Shown: positions 58,348-64,000 of the stretch, one piece after another
Layout of the letters: the number at the start of each line of letters is the position of its first letter
Numbering within the stretch: the stretch's first letter is position 1
NCBI GenBank assembly: GCA_965662895.1
Contig: CBFIJH010000001.1
Span: forward strand, 64,001 to 128,000
DNA length: 64,000 nucleotides
Reading direction: 5' to 3'
From: Candidatus Poseidoniaceae archaeon
Lineage (GTDB): Archaea; Thermoplasmatota; Poseidoniia; Poseidoniales; Poseidoniaceae
Notes under the pieces: model-generated
What the model was told of the DNA's origin: nothing
The model's input: only the letters and a program-made list of their open reading frames with translations
The model's database searches: none
Position numbers and translations under genes: made by a program

Positions 58348-59382
58348 ATGGACCTAACTTTACTCATTTTTTATACAATACTTGCTCTTGGCGTCTCGTT
58401 CTTATGCTCAATCCTTGAGGCTGTTGTCCTCTCCATTCCAAATACCCAAGTAGCAGTATGGGAAAAAGATGGAAATAGGCGCGGAGAATTATGGAGCAAA
58501 CTCAAAGCTGATGATGCTGTAAAGCCTCTTACTGCAATTTTGACTCTGAACACAATCGCCCATACGATGGGGGCTGCTGGTGTTGGTTCAGAGGTGCAAA
58601 ACCAATTAGGTAATGAATATCTTACCATCGCATCCGTCGTCCTAACACTGGCTGTCTTATTCCTCTCTGAAATTATTCCAAAGACCCTGGGAACTGCTTA
58701 CTGGCGTCAACTTTCACTGTTTACTGGGATTGTTTTAAACTCAATAACAATCGTTCTGGCCTTCCTTATCGTCCCGATTCAATGGATGAAGAAAGTTCTG
58801 CCAAGTGCTGATGGGCAATTGGTAACACGTGATGATTTGGTCGCTCTTGCAGATTTAGGCGAAGAGGAAGGTGCGCTAATGGAAGATGAAGAAACGGTCA
58901 TTCACAACCTCCTTCGATTGCGAGAAATTCCCATCACTGAAATCATGACGCCGCGTGTTGTTGTGACTGCGCTACAACAGGATAAAACGATCAAAGAGGT
59001 CCTTGAAGAGTTCCCAGTCCTCCGATTTTCTCGGATTCCAGTATATTCTGAAAAAATCGACGACATACAAGGGTTGGTTATACGTTCTGAACTTCTCGTT
59101 TCTGCGAGCCGTGACGAATGGGATCGCAAAGTTGTTGAATTCATGAAACCCGTTGAATTCATATCGACAAACGAAAACGTCGATGCTGCCCTTGAGATGT
59201 TTCTTGATCGGCGACAACAGTTCGCCGTTGTTCAGGATGAATTTAGTGGAACATCAGGAATCATCACAATGGAAGATGTCATCGAGACTCTCCTCGGCGA
59301 AGAAATCGTTGACGAGCTCGATGAAGTTGATGATATGCGGGAATTAGCTCGAGAGAAAGCGGAATCAGGAGAAGAAGAGTGA
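58348..59382 (+). CDS. CNNM/CorB-family (DUF21 + CBS pair) membrane protein
   Basis: SFLCSILEA, SEIIPKT, IMTPR, FSRIPVY, GIITMEDVIETLLGEEIVDE. Confidence 0.9.
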   Translation: MDLTLLIFYTILALGVSFLCSILEAVVLSIPNTQVAVWEKDGNRRGELWSKLKADDAVKPLTAILTLNTIAHTMGAAGVGSEVQNQLGNEYLTIASVVLTLAVLFLSEIIPKTLGTAYWRQLSLFTGIVLNSITIVLAFLIVPIQWMKKVLPSADGQLVTRDDLVALADLGEEEGALMEDEETVIHNLLRLREIPITEIMTPRVVVTALQQDKTIKEVLEEFPVLRFSRIPVYSEKIDDIQGLVIRSELLVSASRDEWDRKVVEFMKPVEFISTNENVDAALEMFLDRRQQFAVVQDEFSGTSGIITMEDVIETLLGEEIVDELDEVDDMRELAREKAESGEEE

Positions 59383-60357
59383 TTTCTCTCGCATCCATTC
59401 TTCGATCAACATATCTCGATGTGAATTTTTCGACTCATATGCGTGTTGTAATTTATCGGTAATGTGAAACGTGAAATCAGTGTCAATTTTGGAGTGTACA
59501 TCAATTAACAACTCTGAGTGAATCTTGCCGAGCGTTGCATCGAATTTAGCTTGCACAAGTAGAGTAGGGCAGACAGGTAACCCCCAGTTTGGTGTTGCAA
59601 GGTCTCCTACGTCATTTACCTGAAAAACTGGTGGATTGAGTTTGTTGTAGTATCGCAGCAAGCGATGCATCATGGCATGATGCAAGAATGAAGGAATCTT
59701 GAGATATTCACAGGTCTGGTTGTTGATGTACTCATATGAAGTGACTGGAGATTCCAAAATCATCCCTCGAGCGTTTTTTGAGGTCTCCAACTCAGGTCGT
59801 AGCACTCTTTGGGCTACAAAACCACCTAAACTGTGTCCATGAAGAATGAAACCATTGTCCAACCAACCACGATCGTTGAAAACTTTGAGAACCTCTTCTA
59901 AATCATGACAGACATGCAATGCTGCCCAATTCGAAACACGTTTGTTACCACCATGGGCTCTCATTTCAAACAAAATACAATTGTAACCCAATCGTTCATA
60001 CAGTTCACTTCGACCTGTCATATTTGCTGCACGTGAGTTCCATCCATGGATAAGAATGACAAGCGGCTTAGTTGCATCGAACGATTTCATCAGCCATCGT
60101 ACTGGGTACCTCATGACAACATGTTCTTCCCACTCCCATCCTTCTGGCGATGGTTGGTCGCTTCTATGTACAGGGAGCCGTAACATGAAGCCAAGACATA
60201 ACGCCAACCACAGATCAAGAACGATGAATGATAGGAGGTAGACTAGTAACTGCGTTCTATCGAGATAGGAACAAGCTAAAACAACGACGAACCAAAAGGA
60301 AAGGTGCCATACGAAAGCAGAGTGGCGATGTTTCAGCATGGTATCAAGAAGACTCAT
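59365..60357 (-). CDS. Membrane-anchored alpha/beta hydrolase
   Basis: Two N-terminal TMs; IHGW, RAHG, GHSLGG nucleophile elbow. Confidence 0.85.
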   Translation of the reverse strand: MSLLDTMLKHRHSAFVWHLSFWFVVVLACSYLDRTQLLVYLLSFIVLDLWLALCLGFMLRLPVHRSDQPSPEGWEWEEHVVMRYPVRWLMKSFDATKPLVILIHGWNSRAANMTGRSELYERLGYNCILFEMRAHGGNKRVSNWAALHVCHDLEEVLKVFNDRGWLDNGFILHGHSLGGFVAQRVLRPELETSKNARGMILESPVTSYEYINNQTCEYLKIPSFLHHAMMHRLLRYYNKLNPPVFQVNDVGDLATPNWGLPVCPTLLVQAKFDATLGKIHSELLIDVHSKIDTDFTFHITDKLQHAYESKNSHRDMLIEEWMREKSLFFS

Positions 60358-61250
60358 TCATCTTTTTTTGATGCTGAAGAATCCGAATCAGTCTGTTCAC
60401 TTGAGTCCTCACTTTCATCATCGGCAGCATCCGATTCTTCTTGTGATTTTGCTAATTTTTCTTCTTTTGCCTTTGCCCTTTCTTCAACACGCTTCGCATA
60501 TTTTTCTCCAAATTGGCTCATACTTTCGAGTCTGGCGCGGAAGCCAGAGGTTGCTTTTTCCTCTGGGATGTAACGAACCAGATAGCTAGCAAATATCAGA
60601 TCGACGAGACCTTGGTTCAAATCGCTGTTGCGAGTAAATTGCCAGTTGACAATCCATAAAATCATGAAGACCACTCCAAGGGATGTCATGACAATCGGCG
60701 CTGTACCCCCATCAGAGAGTTGTCCTGCTTGCGTAAAAATCATTAAGAGGCCAATGAGGAAAAGCAGGCCCAGGTTATTTACGAACAAACCATGAATGAA
60801 AATTGGCTTTGAACCATCTCCACGGACATAACGAGTGGACGATGTGTATTGGCCAAGGTTGCGACCCGTATACATTGGAAGGAAAATGGCATTGAAAAAG
60901 AGTGTAAGTATGGCAACAATAAACAAAATGGTTGTCTCCAGACCTCCGCTTTGTCCCCCAGTAAAGGCGGACATGAATAATGCGGTTATCAGGATGGAAA
61001 AGTTTGCGAGGAAATTCACCCACCAGCTGATGACACGACTGAGTTTAGGTGCGATCTCAAATTCAGATGACAATCCTTCAGGACGAGGTTTTTTTGTCCG
61101 CGCTTTTTTGGGTTTCTTTTCCTTCTTGGGTTTGGCCGGTGCAGATTTGGGTTCTTTCACAGGCTTGGCCTTTGCAACTTTCTGGGCCTTTTGGGCAACT
61201 TTCTTCGAAGCGCCTTTTTCATTTGATTCAACTTTATCGAGTAGTCCCAT
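60354..61250 (-). CDS. Membrane protein, RDD-like, with Lys-rich N-terminus and acidic C-terminus
   Basis: RVISWWVN, GRNLG, QGLVDLI resemble RDD motifs; four TM helices. Confidence 0.55.
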   Translation of the reverse strand: MGLLDKVESNEKGASKKVAQKAQKVAKAKPVKEPKSAPAKPKKEKKPKKARTKKPRPEGLSSEFEIAPKLSRVISWWVNFLANFSILITALFMSAFTGGQSGGLETTILFIVAILTLFFNAIFLPMYTGRNLGQYTSSTRYVRGDGSKPIFIHGLFVNNLGLLFLIGLLMIFTQAGQLSDGGTAPIVMTSLGVVFMILWIVNWQFTRNSDLNQGLVDLIFASYLVRYIPEEKATSGFRARLESMSQFGEKYAKRVEERAKAKEEKLAKSQEESDAADDESEDSSEQTDSDSSASKKDE

Positions 61251-61263
61251 ATTCTCGCCTCAT

Positions 61264-62259
61264 TCACGTGTACATTTCAGAAATTTGCTTGTAGATTGTA
61301 AAGTTCTCTGATTCTACAAACGATTGGATGGAAGCATCAGGCATGTTTCCAAGTTGTTCATCGATAATCTGGAAGAAAATACCACGTTGTTCATCATCAA
61401 TAGCACGAGGATCTTCACCCACCTGTTTGAACAATTCGAAGCCATCGGACGCAAGGAACGTTTGAATGGCATCTTCTGGAAGTTCATCACCCAATAAATC
61501 GTTAACAATTTCAAAGAATTGAGAAAACAAGGCATCTGCTTCGTCGTCGCTTTCACTTGCTTCGGCTTCCATTGGCTCATCATCGGATTCGTCGCTTGAA
61601 GGGGGTGTTGATACGGGCTCGCTCATAAGTGAACGACGTTCTTGCATCAATTTTTCAAGTTGAGGAACAATCATTCGCAATGTTTCCTTGTCGCCATCGG
61701 CTTTCGCCTCTTTGTATTGCGGTTTTAATTCTCGAATTAAATTCTCAACTTCCGTGAGGCGGTCAGTCTCTTCGACTTCAGCATCGAGCAACTCAACAGA
61801 GGGAGCACTTCGAGCAGCATTGAGAGCGTCTTCACGTTCTTTTTTCCTCAAAACGATGATGTCCCGATCAAGTTCATGCCCAAATCGATCTGCGTATCTG
61901 TCGAGAAGTGAACCGGACTCTCCAGAACCGATACGGTCAATTGCCCCATAGATTTGCGGCAGTGGTTTTGCTGAACGTTTCGCCCACAGCTCACCGTATT
62001 CGTTTGTCTCTTCAGTGGATTCAGGTAAAGCCGATGTTTGAGAGACTGGTGATGGAACTGTAGGGAGCGGTGCTGGAGCGGGAGATGGGGGCAACGCAGG
62101 TTGTGCTGTAGGGTCGGGCGTGGATGCGGCTGGAACCGGTGGAAGCGCTCCATCGGGCAAAGGAGGGAGGGGAGCCTCTGGGAGTGGTGGCATGTTCGGA
62201 AGTGGAGGCAATGGAGATGGTGGTGCTTGTCCGGATTTATTCTTTTTCCGACGTCGCAT
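61264..62259 (-). CDS. Hypothetical protein with polyproline N-terminus and duplicated C-terminal helical unit
   Basis: MRRRKK then Pro-rich tract; repeat FFEIVNDLLG..LPEDAIQTFLAS / FFQIIDEQLG.MPDASIQSFVES. Confidence 0.7.
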   Translation of the reverse strand: MRRRKKNKSGQAPPSPLPPLPNMPPLPEAPLPPLPDGALPPVPAASTPDPTAQPALPPSPAPAPLPTVPSPVSQTSALPESTEETNEYGELWAKRSAKPLPQIYGAIDRIGSGESGSLLDRYADRFGHELDRDIIVLRKKEREDALNAARSAPSVELLDAEVEETDRLTEVENLIRELKPQYKEAKADGDKETLRMIVPQLEKLMQERRSLMSEPVSTPPSSDESDDEPMEAEASESDDEADALFSQFFEIVNDLLGDELPEDAIQTFLASDGFELFKQVGEDPRAIDDEQRGIFFQIIDEQLGNMPDASIQSFVESENFTIYKQISEMYT

Positions 62260-62343
62260 ATGCTCACCTCTATTCTGACTGGATGCTATTCTACCCTTGA
62301 ACCTTACCACAATTAGAACAAGAAATTGCGAATCCTTGGATGG

Positions 62344-63549
62344 TCAGGGTTGAACTATACTCGCCCATCCTTTGAGACTAAGAAACGTTGCAGATGACTC
62401 AGAGACGTGCAATCGATCACCTTTTGCAACATCGTGTTGATCTTCGCCAAACCTCAAAACGGCATCATCCACAGTTATTTCTACGTCAATCGATTTGTCT
62501 TTCCCAAATACAAACGCTTCACTCAATGCATCAAATGGATTAGGCCCCTCAGGGTCAAGTCTCTCTAGAGGAAATTCTGTAACACGCATGCCTGTCTTTC
62601 CGTGCAACGACGTTGGCCAACGTATTTGCCTCCGAACATCGATTGTAACAACTTCATCTGTTTCCCCTGCAGCACCAAGAACAATGGATGAATCCGATTT
62701 CACGAGATTCAAAAAAAGGGCTTGATGGGCTCCCAATCGAGAGATTTGACCGTTGATAACGGCATTTCGTCGCTCAGTGTGGAGAAACATATCTGCCAGT
62801 TTCCGTATACTTGCCGGACCTTTGCCGGGTTTCCCTTCGCGCTGGAGATGGTCTTTCAATCCAAGATGGAGTTGTTTCATCTCTTTCGATGCGTTTTCAT
62901 CATTCTCTGCGATTCGAACAAGTTTATCGATAAGCAACGGGACTTGTTGCCGAATTCGTTTTGTCCACCCATTTGCACTCGCATCATGGAAGCGTGTTAA
63001 TCCACCTTGAACATCAACGCCTTCTCCACGAATGAATGAGACAAGTTCCCGCCGAGCCTCAGAATCGAGATGAAACAATGATGGATCTCGATAGTGAAGG
63101 TGGAATCCACGATGACCGGAGAAGGTCACCTGCAAGAATGATTCATCAAATCCAAATTCAGGTTCCAAAAAATCGTTCCATAATGCGTGCGCCTGGTCGC
63201 GAATAACATCCAACATCGCAGGAAAATCACGGTCTGTAACGCCCGGTAGGTGATCACCATCCAAATCAAAGATTAAGTCAGCACCATGCCAAATCTTGTC
63301 GTTCATTTTGAGTTCGTATGGTTTCTGCCAATAAGCAGTTGAGTAGAAGCATGAATGCATGGCACGATCCGATAAGAAGTGACGAAGTTCTTGCTCGTTT
63401 CGAAACGATTTATGTCGAAGAGGAGGACTTCCTCCAAACGGAATAAACATCCATTCTCTCTTGGGCATTCGTGGTGGACGCCAAAATTTAGATGTTCGGT
63501 AATATTGACCGAACCGGTGTGCAAATCGTGCCCATCCGGTTGAAGCCAT
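62344..63549 (-). CDS. priS: DNA primase catalytic subunit PriS
   Basis: REWMF, YSTAYW, GADLIFDLDGD, FSGHRGFH, DEVVTIDVRRQIRWPTSLHGKTG. Confidence 0.95.
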   Translation of the reverse strand: MASTGWARFAHRFGQYYRTSKFWRPPRMPKREWMFIPFGGSPPLRHKSFRNEQELRHFLSDRAMHSCFYSTAYWQKPYELKMNDKIWHGADLIFDLDGDHLPGVTDRDFPAMLDVIRDQAHALWNDFLEPEFGFDESFLQVTFSGHRGFHLHYRDPSLFHLDSEARRELVSFIRGEGVDVQGGLTRFHDASANGWTKRIRQQVPLLIDKLVRIAENDENASKEMKQLHLGLKDHLQREGKPGKGPASIRKLADMFLHTERRNAVINGQISRLGAHQALFLNLVKSDSSIVLGAAGETDEVVTIDVRRQIRWPTSLHGKTGMRVTEFPLERLDPEGPNPFDALSEAFVFGKDKSIDVEITVDDAVLRFGEDQHDVAKGDRLHVSESSATFLSLKGWASIVQP

Positions 63550-63585
63550 ACCAAACCGTAGTGGTGACAGTTTTTGAACGAAACC

Positions 63586-63795
63586 CTAGTCTTTCTTCAT
63601 GTAGAATTTTTGTTCGGTTTCTCCGACAACTGTTACAGTGTCAGCACCTGTTTGTTCAACGTAGTGATCCCAACAATAGTAATGCTGATTGTGGACCATT
63701 GCCGCACCAAATGTAAGCCGTGTGCCACAATCATGACAACGCGGACCAATTTCACCATTAGGGGCTTGTGCGAGTTGTACGTGCTCATGTGGCAT
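63586..63795 (-). CDS. Small Zn-finger protein (resembles the second finger of a LIM domain)
   Basis: RCHDCGTRL...YYCWDHY; AGGTGAG Shine-Dalgarno before the ATG at 63795. Confidence 0.7.
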   Translation of the reverse strand: MPHEHVQLAQAPNGEIGPRCHDCGTRLTFGAAMVHNQHYYCWDHYVEQTGADTVTVVGETEQKFYMKKD

Positions 63796-63852
63796 TATCT
63801 CACCTGATTGCTGCAAGAAGTCTCGGTTCTAAAATGTCGTGATGGATTCTGT

Positions 63853-64000
63853 TCATGCCGACACGGTACTGTTGCTGACCCATTCAAGCAAATCCAGTGC
63901 TACCTCGCACGATTCACGGACTTCAACATTGTCATCTGTAAGGTATTTTTCCAAAACTGGCACGGCATCTCTGTTGCCTATGGCACCAAGTGCTTCTGCA
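63853..64000 (-). CDS. HEAT-repeat protein, deoxyhypusine-hydroxylase-like C-terminal fragment (5' truncated)
   Basis: Hand translation: AEALGAIGNRDAVPVLEKYLTDDNVEVRESCEVALDLLEWVSNSTVSA*. Not in the ORF track. Confidence 0.65.
   Translation of the reverse strand, partial: AEALGAIGNRDAVPVLEKYLTDDNVEVRESCEVALDLLEWVSNSTVSA

Noticed and set aside
1-64000. CRISPR arrays, IS elements, proviral genes, rRNA
   Set aside because: No regularly spaced repeats, transposase/integrase/capsid motifs or rRNA signatures were recognised by eye; short or degenerate elements could have been missed.

Overview
Gene-dense archaeal chromosomal segment. Archaeal-type informational genes (rps19e, rpl39e, rpl31e, rps17e, PAN, MBF1, Tsr3, Kae1, PriS, EndA, archease, 7S SRP RNA) sit among bacterial-like heterotrophy genes (PntAB, Hut pathway, methylmalonyl-CoA mutase/epimerase, M6 protease, CocE hydrolase). 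This mix points to a Marine Group II euryarchaeon (Ca. Poseidoniales); the assignment is an inference. About 60 CDS, one tRNA-Val(GAC) and the SRP RNA were identified; no CRISPR array, IS or integrase was seen. Six features missing from the ORF track were read by hand: a CcmE (CxxxY) C-terminus, the SRP RNA, rpl39e, a 50-aa Zn-ribbon protein, tRNA-Val, and a HEAT-repeat C-terminus closely resembling eukaryotic deoxyhypusine hydroxylase. Main leads: (1) a TatC-like protein fused to an HdrA-N-like Cys domain, next to an exported CxCH protein; (2) a DOHH-like gene followed by a half-LIM Zn finger and priS; (3) a 28-bp dif-like site; (4) an RHH-led preQ0 operon with embedded msrB and a QueC lacking its Zn-binding cysteines; (5) EF-hand/TerB/DUF835 proteins suggesting Ca2+ signalling. 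All family calls come from motif recognition by eye, with no database searches.
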